DNA from: a bacterium
GTDB lineage: Bacteria; Zixibacteria; MSB-5A5; GN15; FEB-12
Assembly (NCBI GenBank): GCA_030605565.1
Contig: JAUWIB010000112.1
Location: forward strand, 4,335-68,334
Length of the DNA: 64,000 nucleotides
Reading direction: 5' to 3'
Shown here: positions 1-9,519 of the stretch, piece by piece
How the letters are laid out: every line of letters starts with the position of its first letter
Position numbering within the stretch: position 1 is the stretch's first letter
The notes under the pieces: generated by a model
What the model saw: only the letters and a program-made list of their open reading frames with translations
The model's database searches: none
Told to the model about the DNA's origin: nothing
Made by a program: the position numbers and the translations under genes

Positions 1-1400
1 TCAATAATGCCATAACCCCAGCGCCACATAGTTATGTAGGCGTAGTCACCTCTAACATCTATGCTCTTGACGTAGTGGTTGCCGGTCAGGCAGGCACTCA
101 GTATCACAGGAGCTGCAGGATTGCTGATATCGAAGGCGGTCACTCCGTTGGTATTGCCGATCAACATTATGTTGTCGACAATTTCAATGGCATTGTTCAT
201 ACCGAGTTCAGCCCAGCCAATTTGGGTGATGTTGGCAGGGTCACTCAGGTCCACTATTCTTATTGTATCCTGAAATAGTAAGTAGCCGGTGTTGCCCCGC
301 ACTTCGACATCGAGAGGCTCGTCCTGGCATTCACTGAATACTCCGACTTCCACAGGTGACGCTCGATTGGAAACATCATTGATAAAAAGACCATCTTCAT
401 AACGAGCAACGTAGAGATAATCATTGTCGTAGTCCATGCCACGAGCATACTGGCCGTTACCACCGCACTTGGCAATAGAGTCCACAGCGTAGGGATCGGC
501 AACATTGAGAACCTTCGCGCTGTTTCTGAGTTCACCACCAATAAAAACTATCGTATCATCCACTAAGACAAGGTCAAGGCTCATGCACCAGGACCAGTGA
601 CCAGTGTCGAGCGGAAAGTGGCTGAGCACGTAAGGCTCGCCATGGTACGGATCGATAATAGTCAGTCCGCTGTCACCATTGGCGATATAGACGAGGTCAT
701 TGGCCACTTCAATGCCGTTGGCCCAGTACGTCTCGGTGGGGATGGCACCGAAAAATATCCATGGATCATTGGGGTTTATCACATTATACCCCCAGACGCG
801 GGCTGCTGAGGTTATGAAAACGGAATCACCGATGACTTCGAGATCCCGACTACCACTGGAGTAGGAAGAGTAGGATATCTCATAGGGGTAGACAGGATTG
901 CTCACGCTGATAACATGAAGCCCATACCCGGACACATAGGCTATATTGCCGACCACCTTGACACTTGTGCCTATGACCGAGTCGGGGTTCTGGTAACAAC
1001 CGAGAATATCGGGGTTGTAAACATCAGAGACATCAACGATGGTCAGAGTTGCCCAATCGGTCCCCGTACTCATATCGCCGCCACCGCAAATGTAGGCATA
1101 GTTACCTACGACCTGAAGTCGTGTTGTGGTCGACGGCATATATATCCGCGAAGCGACCTGAGGGTTGGTCTTGTCGCTGACATCAAGAATCACCAAACCA
1201 AAATCCATGGTTAAGAAGGCGTAGTCTCCGACGGCGTCACAGTAGTAGGCATTATTCCAGAAAGCGGTGCCGGCGAGTTCGAGGACAGCGCCGTTCTCAG
1301 TAATAGCAGGTTCCTGTGGAGGGTTTGCATTGACATCCGTTACCGGTGTCAGCATGAGTACGGAAGTCAAAACAGCAAGAGCGAAGTTGGGAAAAGACAT
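1..1400 (-). CDS. LVIVD-repeat beta-propeller secreted protein, paralogue 1 (3' end runs off the window)
   Basis: Not in the ORF track because its stop lies outside the window. ATG at 1400 with GGAGGA RBS; frame consistent down to base 1 (…YITMWRWGYGII); DNA is collinear with 2422-3803. Confidence 0.85.
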   Translation of the reverse strand, partial: MSFPNFALAVLTSVLMLTPVTDVNANPPQEPAITENGAVLELAGTAFWNNAYYCDAVGDYAFLTMDFGLVILDVSDKTNPQVASRIYMPSTTTRLQVVGNYAYICGGGDMSTGTDWATLTIVDVSDVYNPDILGCYQNPDSVIGTSVKVVGNIAYVSGYGLHVISVSNPVYPYEISYSSYSSGSRDLEVIGDSVFITSAARVWGYNVINPNDPWIFFGAIPTETYWANGIEVANDLVYIANGDSGLTIIDPYHGEPYVLSHFPLDTGHWSWCMSLDLVLVDDTIVFIGGELRNSAKVLNVADPYAVDSIAKCGGNGQYARGMDYDNDYLYVARYEDGLFINDVSNRASPVEVGVFSECQDEPLDVEVRGNTGYLLFQDTIRIVDLSDPANITQIGWAELGMNNAIEIVDNIMLIGNTNGVTAFDISNPAAPVILSACLTGNHYVKSIDVRGDYAYITMWRWGYGII

Positions 1401-1466
1401 TTATATCCTCCGATCCAAGAGTATCGTGAGATATTCCGCGTTGATTGGACACAAGTATGTATCCAT

Positions 1467-1494
1467 ACAATAATAAATTGTAGGATGTTGTCAA
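1467..1494 (-). promoter_or_regulatory. sigma70-type promoter of LVIVD paralogue 1
   Basis: TTGACA-16nt-TATTGT on the minus strand; both hexamers are conserved in the duplicate at 3870-3897. Confidence 0.6.
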
Positions 1495-1570
1495 GGACAA
1501 ATCAGGTGCGAACTGCCTGAGATTCCGTGTAGGTGCGTTGCGCTACGCTCCGGCATTACGGAACCGGATC

Positions 1571-1604
1571 AAAAAAACCACCCCCACCTTGCGGCAGAGG
1601 TGGT
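1571..1604 (-). terminator. Rho-independent terminator
   Basis: ACCACCTCTGCC-GCAA-GGTGGGGGTGGT followed by a T-tract, just after the stop at 1632. Confidence 0.8.
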
Positions 1605-1631
1605 GTAACAAGCTATCGAATCGCCGAGCAG

Positions 1632-3803
1632 CTACTCACAGATCGGTGGCGGCCCTTCGTTGAACATATAGTCAACCAGGTAAATGAGGTCGGCAATGTT
1701 GATGCCCGGCTCTCCGTCAATGTTAGCCGCGACCATATCCGGTGGTGGCGGCCCGCCAGTAAACATGTAATCGACGAGGTAAACCAAATCGGCAATGTCC
1801 GGGATGAAACCACCATCATCATTAACATCGCCGCATACGAAATCAAGTCCCAGTGTCAACGCAACGAAGCCACCCAGTGAGGACATATAGATATGATTAC
1901 CTCCTGTGGCAATGCCGGTTGCCGTCCTATGATTGCGAAACCTTGCGATTTTACCGCCGCTGCAACTATCGGACCACCCGGATGGATCCACCGCTAACAA
2001 GGCATGAGAATACCTGTCCTCCACAAGAAGGTATCCACCGGCATGAGTGATGATATTGGAATGGAAATGTCCAAATCCGGCGGGGTACCAGATGGCTATC
2101 TCAACAGGATTCAATACGTCGGAAATGTCCCACACAAGCATTGACGTAGAACCCCAATGCGCAAAGTAAAGCAGGGAATCCATCACATCGACACAGGCTA
2201 CTGGACAAGGCAGCACGTGCTCTTTGACGGGATGAGGATTGGTTGGGTCGCTGATATCAAGAACTAAGAAACCGGACTTTAAGGATTCCGGCGAATAGAA
2301 GTTGGTAAGTGCATATCCACCGACAAGAGTTATACTTACGTTCCCCCGATTGATCTCTTCTGGCCAATAATCACCGTCGATGTACGTGCCCACCATGACC
2401 AGGTTGTTCGGGTCTGAGATATCAATAATGCCATAACCCCAGCGCCACATAGTTATGTAGGCGTAGTCATCTCTGACGTCTATGCTCTTGACGTAGTGGT
2501 TGCCGGTCAGGCAGGAACTCAGTATCACTGGAGCAACCGGATTGCTGATGTCGAAGGCGGTCACACCTCGGGTATTGCCAACCAACATCACATCGCCGAC
2601 AATCTCAAGAGCGTCGTTCATACCGAGTTCAGCCCAACCTATCTGGGTGATGTTGGCAGGGTCACTCAGGTCCACTATTCTTATAGTGTCCATGAACATC
2701 AGATAACCGATATTGCCCTGCACTGCGATATCCCTGGGCTCGTACTGGCATTCCCTGAATACTCCGACTTCCACTGGCCATGCTCGATTGGAAACATCAT
2801 TGATGAAAAGGCCATTCTTTTCACGGGCAACATAGAGATAGTCATTGTCGAAATCCATACCACGAGCATACGTTCCGTTACCGCCGCATTTGGCAATAGA
2901 GTCTACAGCGTAGGGATCGGCAACATTAAGAACCTTCGCGCTGTTGCTGAGTTCACCACCAATAAAAACTATCGTGTCATCCACTAAGACAAGGTCATAG
3001 CTCAAGCCGCCTATGGGAAAGTGGCTGAGCACATAAGGTGGGCCGTTGTACGGATCGATAATAGTCAGTCCGCTGGTACCATTGGCGATATAGACGAGAT
3101 CATTGGCCACTTCAATGCCGTTGGCCCAGTACGTCTCGGTGGGGATGGCACCGAAAAATATCCATGGATCATTGGGGTTTATCACATTATACCCCCAGAC
3201 GCTGGAGGGAGAGGTTATGAAAACGGAATCACCGATGACTTCGAGATCCCGACTACCACTGAAGTAGGAAGAGTAGCATATCTCATAGGGGTAGACAGGA
3301 TTGCTCACGCTGATAACATGAAGCCCATACCCGGACACATAGGCTATATTGCCGACCACCTTGACACTTGTGCCCATGACCGAGTCGGGGTTCTGGTAAC
3401 AACTGAGAATGTTGGGGTTGTAAACATCGGAAACGTCGACTATTGTCAGCGTTGCCCAATCTGTCCCCGTACTCATGTCGCCGCCACCGCAAACGTAGGC
3501 ATAATCACCCACCACCTGAAGCCGGCTTGTGCCCGACGGCATGTATAACCGAGAAGCGACTTGAGGGTTGGTCTTGTCGCTGACATCAAGAATCACCAAA
3601 CCAAAATCCATAGTGAGGAAGGCGTAGTCTCCGACGGCGTCACAGTAGTAGGCATTATTCCAGAAAGCTGTGCCGGCGAGTTCGAGGACAGCGCCGTTCT
3701 CAGTAATAGCAGGTTCCTGTGGAGGGTTTGCATTAACAACTGTTACCGACATCAGTAAGAGCACAGAAGTTAAGACAGCAAGAGCGAAGTTGCGAAAAGA
3801 CAT
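1632..3803 (-). CDS. LVIVD-repeat beta-propeller secreted protein with C-terminal dockerin-like domain
   Basis: ATG 3803 with GGAGGA RBS; signal peptide; many 'GLVILDVSDKTNP'-type LVIVD repeats; C-terminal GDVNDDG..DIADLVYLVDYMF duplicated EF-hand motif. Confidence 0.88.
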   Translation of the reverse strand: MSFRNFALAVLTSVLLLMSVTVVNANPPQEPAITENGAVLELAGTAFWNNAYYCDAVGDYAFLTMDFGLVILDVSDKTNPQVASRLYMPSGTSRLQVVGDYAYVCGGGDMSTGTDWATLTIVDVSDVYNPNILSCYQNPDSVMGTSVKVVGNIAYVSGYGLHVISVSNPVYPYEICYSSYFSGSRDLEVIGDSVFITSPSSVWGYNVINPNDPWIFFGAIPTETYWANGIEVANDLVYIANGTSGLTIIDPYNGPPYVLSHFPIGGLSYDLVLVDDTIVFIGGELSNSAKVLNVADPYAVDSIAKCGGNGTYARGMDFDNDYLYVAREKNGLFINDVSNRAWPVEVGVFRECQYEPRDIAVQGNIGYLMFMDTIRIVDLSDPANITQIGWAELGMNDALEIVGDVMLVGNTRGVTAFDISNPVAPVILSSCLTGNHYVKSIDVRDDYAYITMWRWGYGIIDISDPNNLVMVGTYIDGDYWPEEINRGNVSITLVGGYALTNFYSPESLKSGFLVLDISDPTNPHPVKEHVLPCPVACVDVMDSLLYFAHWGSTSMLVWDISDVLNPVEIAIWYPAGFGHFHSNIITHAGGYLLVEDRYSHALLAVDPSGWSDSCSGGKIARFRNHRTATGIATGGNHIYMSSLGGFVALTLGLDFVCGDVNDDGGFIPDIADLVYLVDYMFTGGPPPPDMVAANIDGEPGINIADLIYLVDYMFNEGPPPICE

Positions 3804-3869
3804 ATCAATCCTCCGATCCGGAAGTATCGTGGAGTATTCCATGCTGATTAGACACACATGTTTTCTCAT

Positions 3870-3897
3870 ACAATAGTGAATTATAGGATTTTGTCAA
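3870..3897 (-). promoter_or_regulatory. sigma70-type promoter of LVIVD paralogue 2
   Basis: TTGACA-16nt-TATTGT on the minus strand. Confidence 0.6.
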
Positions 3898-3973
3898 GGA
3901 GGAATCAGTTGCGAACTGCCTGAGATTCCGTGGAGGTACGTTGCGGTCCGGTCCGGCATTAGGGCGCACGATC

Positions 3974-4006
3974 AAAAAACCACCCCCGCCTTGCGGCAGA
4001 GGTGGT
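3974..4006 (-). terminator. Rho-independent terminator
   Basis: Near-identical copy of the 1571-1604 hairpin plus T-tract, after the stop at 4034. Confidence 0.8.
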
Positions 4007-4033
4007 GTACATCGTTATCGGATTACAGTGTTG

Positions 4034-7000
4034 CTACTCGCAGATCGGCGGCGGGCCACCGTTGAACATATAGTCTACCAGGTAAATGAGGTCGGCAATG
4101 TTGATTCCCGGCTCACCATCGATATCGGCCGCAGCCATGTCCGGAGGTGGCGGACCTTCGTTGTACATGTAATCAACCAGGTAGATCAGGTCCGCAATAT
4201 CAGGACCGGCGCCGTTGCCGTCCATATCGCCACACAGCATCGAGGCTACATTCAACGTTATCGCGATGCTATGGTTTGGAGTATCCGGATCGTTCGAGGA
4301 CACAAACACCGATCCGGTGTACTCACCATCCTCCAGTTCCGTGGCGTCGAGATGGATATCCACGGTGACATTGCTGAAGGGATCGATTGACCCACCCGCC
4401 GGTTGTGCATACAACCAGTGATCGGCGTTAATAGTGATAGCAAGGTCGTTGTGCATGTAGGCTGCATTGTACAGGATCTCAAGGGCATCATCAGTGATCG
4501 AATTCTGGATGCCGATAGTGCCGCTCTCCAGCGTTAAGTTGCCGGGGTCCATGACGCCGTACTGCAGCTCGATAGAGCCGTCGGGATAGAGCATGGCCTG
4601 GAAACTGAGATCGCCGGCGCCCACAGTGCTGTAGTATAGCCTGATGTGGGAGAAGCTGACGATGAACCGTCCGTTGGCAGCATCGTAGTAATAGTAAATG
4701 TTGCCCCCTTTGCGCGGGTCGAGGTCGTCCCAAAACATGGCGATCATACTGGTGCCGATAGTGTCGTATGGCAACGGCTTATTGAGACGAGCGCTCGATG
4801 CGGCGTCGAAGGTAACAATGCCGTTGGAACCGATGTACAGATCGGTGTAGACACTATCGTACAATGGGAACCCAAAGCCGATCGGGATCGCCCCGGTGGC
4901 CTCATCATCCCCAAGCGTTACCTCGGTCCCGACCGTGGAGACATCGACCCAACTATACGTCGGACCAGCCGCTTCATCGGAATCGATCCAACTGTGACCA
5001 TAGATGTCCGGTCCCCCGAAGCCCTTGCTCATAGCCGGGTAGAACGGTTCGGTTTCGTCGGATTTGTCGGCATCAGCCGGTCGATGACCGGCCGGAACAG
5101 GCCGCACCACATCGCCGGCAACGATACCGCCGCTTCCGGCTTTGTTCTGATTCATTTGGCAGCCGACCGTGTAATCCAACCGACCGGGCCCATTGTTGGT
5201 AACCACCAGCGGGTAGACCATCTCGGTACCGGCTTCAAGCGTTTCGTCTATAGACATTTCGACTATCTGGATATCAGGCGTATAAACATGGACGAAGACC
5301 GGAATTGAGCCGGTCGAGTCGCCGTGTTCGTTGGAGTACCAATCCAGGGTACCGGCGTTGTCGCCGCACGGTATGCCGGCGGTATGTATGGTGACGTCCA
5401 GATCAACACTGTCACCCGGAAGGATGATCTGCTGCTGGCTTGTGAATTCCAACCACTCGCAGGTCGATGTGAACCACATGCGGAGGGTGCCGTCGCCGAT
5501 GTTGCGAACGCGCGCGAAATGCGAGGCGTCGTCACCGGGCTGCAAGCTATCGGTGATCTGAGCGGTCGCGATTTCGCATTCCGGCACGCCAACACGCCCG
5601 TACCCGCGCACCTCGATATCGTCGATGTTCCAACCGCTGTATGTCCCCGAACCGTCGGTTCCACCGAGACCGAACCTGATCTGGAAGTTCGGATTGCTGT
5701 CGGCGACGGCGGAGAGATCGTATTCCTCACCGTTCCACGATGTCTCCTGATTCGTGCTACCGTTTCCGAACAGCCGCACCCAAGTGTCACCGTCGTAAAC
5801 GTCGAGGTAAGCATGGTCATAGGAACTGCTTTCGACGCCCAGCCAGTGGTAGTAAGTCATGATGACGCCGAACATGCTGCCACAGTCTATGAGCGGCGAA
5901 TAAACCCACTGGGTCCCGCTTATGTTGTTGTTGTACGTACCGGACAGGTCGTTGCCCAGAACGGCGTTGTCGCTGGTAGGCGTGACGTCCTCCGACGGAT
6001 CGCCACCGCTGCCGGTCGGTGAACCCATCTCCCACTCGGCCGAGCCACCCATGCCGGTCCAACCCTGGTTATAGGAGAAATCGTCATAGTAGAAGACGAC
6101 ACGGTCACCAACAGTGATATTGAAATACAACGTTGCGGCAAAGTTTGTGCCACTGACATCAAGAGTCATAAGTACACCGTAGCCCAGCGGGCATTCAGCG
6201 TCGGCCGACATCATGAAAACATCAGTTGAGTTATTGGCCGATCCGCTGATGGAATCAATATCGCCGAAGTACCCAAAGTCATCGCTGACTTCAGTGTATT
6301 GATCACTCTCACTCAAGTAAGCCGAGATATCAAACGCCTGGCCGGAGCCGCTGTTGCCAAGAGTGACAACCAGTTCGGCTGTTTCGCCCGGATCCAGAAT
6401 GCCGTTGTTGTCACCGCCTGCGGCGTCGTCGATATAGACCGACACATACGCCAACTCCGGCGCATGGGCCGTCACAGTAAACTGACCGTACCAAGTTTCG
6501 CGGTTGGTGCCGGTTACTTCCAGATCAAACTGGATATATTCACCGTCGGGGATGTTGGCAGCGGCGTCGAAGGCGATACCATCGGCGACATAACCGATAC
6601 CGTTGTTGCCTGGGATGGTGCCGTATGATTCGGTACTATCGGTGATGGTGACGTACGGATTGGTGGTGGTGACAGTGGCCACTACGTCGAGGGCGTCATC
6701 GGGACCGACGTTCTTCAACTGCAAGCCGAGCAGGATGCTCTCGCCGTTGTCGATCAGCCCATTGCCGTTGCCGCCGGTCGCATCGTTGATATCATAGCTG
6801 TCGAAGATAATGTACGGCCCGGAAGGGGTGATGATCTGGATGGTCGACGTGTACGGCTGCTTGTTCTGACCGGTGACTACGATATCGGCCACACAGGGAG
6901 CTCCAAAACCGGCCAGTTCAACATCAACAGAGCCGGAAGCGTCAACATAGCCCGCACCCTGGAGAACACCATCGACCGTAATACCGACATACGATCCGGG

Positions 7001-8902
7001 GTCAGCCTGGACGGTGGTGATGGTCACGGTCATCAAAATCGTAGCGTCGTGGATAACATTATTGACCGCAGGGATGCCGAGGTAGGTCATCACCGACGGG
7101 TCACCCATCAAGTGGTAGGCTTCCCAGTAGTAATTCTCACGGGTGCTGCCGGACTCTGTAACACCAATGTTGCCGGCGAATACGATGGCGTCGTTGGTGA
7201 TATAATGCTGGTCAGCGGTCTCGCCGTGGTCATGGAAAATACCGTCATAGGCGCCCGGCCCGACATCTTCAAAGGGCGGTCCACTGCCGACAACGGGACC
7301 GTAGCCAACGCCCCACCAGTAATCTTCATCCCAGTAGGTGCCGTCGGTAGCACCGATATAGCCGATGCCGCCTTTCCCCTCGACTTGCAGGAAAGCTTCA
7401 CCAAAACATGGCGTGGGTTCATCGAAGGTGTTCGGCAGGCAGCAGTTGCCGATTCCCAGCAGATACATATTGTAGTTGGTCAGGCCGGGAATATGAGAAG
7501 TGGTGAACGATGGATCGGAATGACCCGAGTGGCCGCAATGCGCCGTGTAATTGTACAACCCGACACCGTCACTGATAGTCTGAATGATCGCGGCTGACGC
7601 CCCGGAGGCATCGGACGCCGGATAGAGCCAGACATTCGGCGAGATGCCGTGAGCCGCATTGAAATACAGATTCGTGCCGTAATTGATCTGGCCGTTACCA
7701 TGAGTGATAGCCCAATAGCTGTCAACACCGGACACCAGCGTCACCTCATCAAGGTAGCTGGGGTCAGGCATCAAATACTGCTCGTACTCCAGTGTCTTGT
7801 CGATCTGCGGCTGCAACTGCGTCGTATTCTGGGCCGAGAACCGGCCGTAGTAGATTTCCGGGAATATGTCATTGGTGAACTCACAGAAATACAGATCGGT
7901 GACATGCGATCCAGCCGTGCCCGAGAACGGGTCTATCTGTTGAGCGTCACCTACCAGGAGCACAAACGACGGCGCCGGATCTTCGTGTGTTCCGTCGTTA
8001 TAGACACTTTCGATGTGGGCCGCTATCGCCGTATTGGCGCTGCCAATGACATCGGTGTAGTCAACCTGCACCGTGAAACCCTTGCGCGTCTTCCACTCAA
8101 TGAGCGGCTGCAACTGCGTTTCGAACATCCGATCAGAGATTATCAAGTACTTTACCGGATACTTGACCAGATCGGGGTGGTCCAGATTGAGCATACCCTG
8201 ATCGTAATTGATGACCTGCTCGTAAATCGGCTCGAAAAAGGGCGAGTAGTTCTTGACGTAGTTATCGCGAGTCGCCTGCCAGTCGGAGCCCGAGAAACTG
8301 ATCTCAATCGTCAGTTCCTTGTAGATCCGAATCTTGTTCTCGGTCGGATTATACTCAACCGGGGACATCATGACTTTGCCCAAACGCAGACCGCGCATGG
8401 TGCCGGAAATCTCCGTTTCAACCGTCGGCATCGTGTAGAACCCAGGCTGCTGGTACAGTTCCTGGTTCCACTCAAATGGCGCCGACATCGGATCATCGGA
8501 TTTGCACAGCGAAGGCTGAACCGGCATCAGAGGATCGATCAGTCCCAAACCGGTAAGGTCGAACTCCTCGATCTCGGAACTGATGATCTGCGCTTCAAGC
8601 TCGCAGCCAACAGGAATAGCGAGCAATTTGATCGCCATCGGCAACGACGGTTCACCGATCCGGTGCGACCGCGTCAGGCCGGGAGCGACCATCAGATTGA
8701 AAGCACCCTCTTTTGTCATGATGTTGCCGATGCTGACTTCGCCGATTTCCAGCTTGAGTGTCAGCCCATTGTTGTCCTGGTGCAGAAGCGTCACCCCATT
8801 GGATGCATCGCTTAAATCAAGCACCTCAGCGGCTTGTCCCAAAGACACCACGGCCATCATGGCCACAATACTGAGACAGCACAGTGTTACCAACCTCTTC
8901 AA
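4034..8902 (-). CDS. Peptidase C25 (Lys-gingipain-like) with propeptide, Ig/adhesin-like domains and dockerin-like tail
   Basis: Likely TTG start 8902 after GGAGGT; C25 motifs VLLVGD, YYGRFSA, NYTAH, IGNCC, YWDEDYWW, YWEAYHLMGDPS; C-terminal dockerin-like repeat. Confidence 0.9.
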   Translation of the reverse strand: MKRLVTLCCLSIVAMMAVVSLGQAAEVLDLSDASNGVTLLHQDNNGLTLKLEIGEVSIGNIMTKEGAFNLMVAPGLTRSHRIGEPSLPMAIKLLAIPVGCELEAQIISSEIEEFDLTGLGLIDPLMPVQPSLCKSDDPMSAPFEWNQELYQQPGFYTMPTVETEISGTMRGLRLGKVMMSPVEYNPTENKIRIYKELTIEISFSGSDWQATRDNYVKNYSPFFEPIYEQVINYDQGMLNLDHPDLVKYPVKYLIISDRMFETQLQPLIEWKTRKGFTVQVDYTDVIGSANTAIAAHIESVYNDGTHEDPAPSFVLLVGDAQQIDPFSGTAGSHVTDLYFCEFTNDIFPEIYYGRFSAQNTTQLQPQIDKTLEYEQYLMPDPSYLDEVTLVSGVDSYWAITHGNGQINYGTNLYFNAAHGISPNVWLYPASDASGASAAIIQTISDGVGLYNYTAHCGHSGHSDPSFTTSHIPGLTNYNMYLLGIGNCCLPNTFDEPTPCFGEAFLQVEGKGGIGYIGATDGTYWDEDYWWGVGYGPVVGSGPPFEDVGPGAYDGIFHDHGETADQHYITNDAIVFAGNIGVTESGSTRENYYWEAYHLMGDPSVMTYLGIPAVNNVIHDATILMTVTITTVQADPGSYVGITVDGVLQGAGYVDASGSVDVELAGFGAPCVADIVVTGQNKQPYTSTIQIITPSGPYIIFDSYDINDATGGNGNGLIDNGESILLGLQLKNVGPDDALDVVATVTTTNPYVTITDSTESYGTIPGNNGIGYVADGIAFDAAANIPDGEYIQFDLEVTGTNRETWYGQFTVTAHAPELAYVSVYIDDAAGGDNNGILDPGETAELVVTLGNSGSGQAFDISAYLSESDQYTEVSDDFGYFGDIDSISGSANNSTDVFMMSADAECPLGYGVLMTLDVSGTNFAATLYFNITVGDRVVFYYDDFSYNQGWTGMGGSAEWEMGSPTGSGGDPSEDVTPTSDNAVLGNDLSGTYNNNISGTQWVYSPLIDCGSMFGVIMTYYHWLGVESSSYDHAYLDVYDGDTWVRLFGNGSTNQETSWNGEEYDLSAVADSNPNFQIRFGLGGTDGSGTYSGWNIDDIEVRGYGRVGVPECEIATAQITDSLQPGDDASHFARVRNIGDGTLRMWFTSTCEWLEFTSQQQIILPGDSVDLDVTIHTAGIPCGDNAGTLDWYSNEHGDSTGSIPVFVHVYTPDIQIVEMSIDETLEAGTEMVYPLVVTNNGPGRLDYTVGCQMNQNKAGSGGIVAGDVVRPVPAGHRPADADKSDETEPFYPAMSKGFGGPDIYGHSWIDSDEAAGPTYSWVDVSTVGTEVTLGDDEATGAIPIGFGFPLYDSVYTDLYIGSNGIVTFDAASSARLNKPLPYDTIGTSMIAMFWDDLDPRKGGNIYYYYDAANGRFIVSFSHIRLYYSTVGAGDLSFQAMLYPDGSIELQYGVMDPGNLTLESGTIGIQNSITDDALEILYNAAYMHNDLAITINADHWLYAQPAGGSIDPFSNVTVDIHLDATELEDGEYTGSVFVSSNDPDTPNHSIAITLNVASMLCGDMDGNGAGPDIADLIYLVDYMYNEGPPPPDMAAADIDGEPGINIADLIYLVDYMFNGGPPPICE

Positions 8903-9076
8903 GATTACCTCCGTTCGATTATGAAAACTCTCTACATCGCGTGTACACATGTCGTTGTCAACCGGTTGGACGGTCACGGCCACAGCCGGCCTCAGGGGTA
9001 TTTGCCAACAATCTAAGATACAATAAATCACAATGTTTCAAAGGAAAAAAATCACCCCCGACGCTTGTGGGCACTT

Positions 9077-9450
9077 GTGGGCGACAGACCTCCCGGTCTG
9101 TCGCCCTAAGAACAACTTGTTACCTATGTCTCCGGTTTAATCTGTTACCTATCTGCCCGGTTCATACCGCCGGTGGCCCACCGTTTACGGTGGCATTTAC
9201 TGACCCCACCATGAATGGCCGGTGGCCCACCGTTTACGGTGGGATTTACTGACCCCACCATGAATGGTGGGCCACCCGTCGTTGTTACCCCCGCGCAGGC
9301 GGGGGTCCCTCCGTATCTGATTCGCCCGGAGGATGGATTCCCGCCTGCGCGGGAATGACATGAGGAGCGCGGGAATGACATGAGGAGCGCGGCAATGACA
9401 GAGAGAACAGACGCGCGAAGCGCATAAGACCCATTCATGGGCTTGACCGG
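9077..9450. repeat. Cluster of REP-like palindromes, an IS481-like end, and 49-bp and 20-bp tandem units
   Basis: GTGGGCGACAGACC-TCCC-GGTCTGTCGCCC; TGTTACCTAT x2; GGTGGCCCACCG-TTTA-CGGTGG x2; CCCGCGCAGGCGGG/GGATTCCCGCCTGCGCGGGAATGAC; GCGCGGGAATGACATGAGGA tandem. Confidence 0.8.
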
Positions 9451-9458
9451 GCGGGCAC

Positions 9459-9493
9459 AAAAAAAACCGGGGACCGGACTAACCGGTCCCCGG
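9459..9493 (-). terminator. Rho-independent terminator of the giant lipoprotein gene
   Basis: 11-bp perfect stem CCGGGGACCGG/CCGGTCCCCGG followed by T8 on the minus strand. Confidence 0.85.
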
Positions 9494-9519
9494 GGGGAAT
9501 TCAATATGTGAATGTTAGA

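Noticed and set aside
1-1400. Pseudogene, because it is absent from the ORF track
   Set aside because: The frame from ATG 1400 matches at base 1 and the indel near 600 is in frame; it is only cut by the window edge.
1-3803. Diversity-generating retroelement (TR/VR pair) explaining the near-identical LVIVD copies
   Set aside because: Differences are not adenine-specific, include synonymous changes and an indel, span whole genes, and no reverse transcriptase is present.
7649-8815. Long antisense ORFs (also 22032-23144, 41485-42816, 19501-20265, 28289-29125, 50660-51511)
   Set aside because: Shadow frames opposite well-supported genes in GC-rich DNA, with no recognisable motifs.
9171-9400. CRISPR array
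   Set aside because: Only two or three tandem units with no unique spacers and no cas genes; the units are REP-like palindromes.
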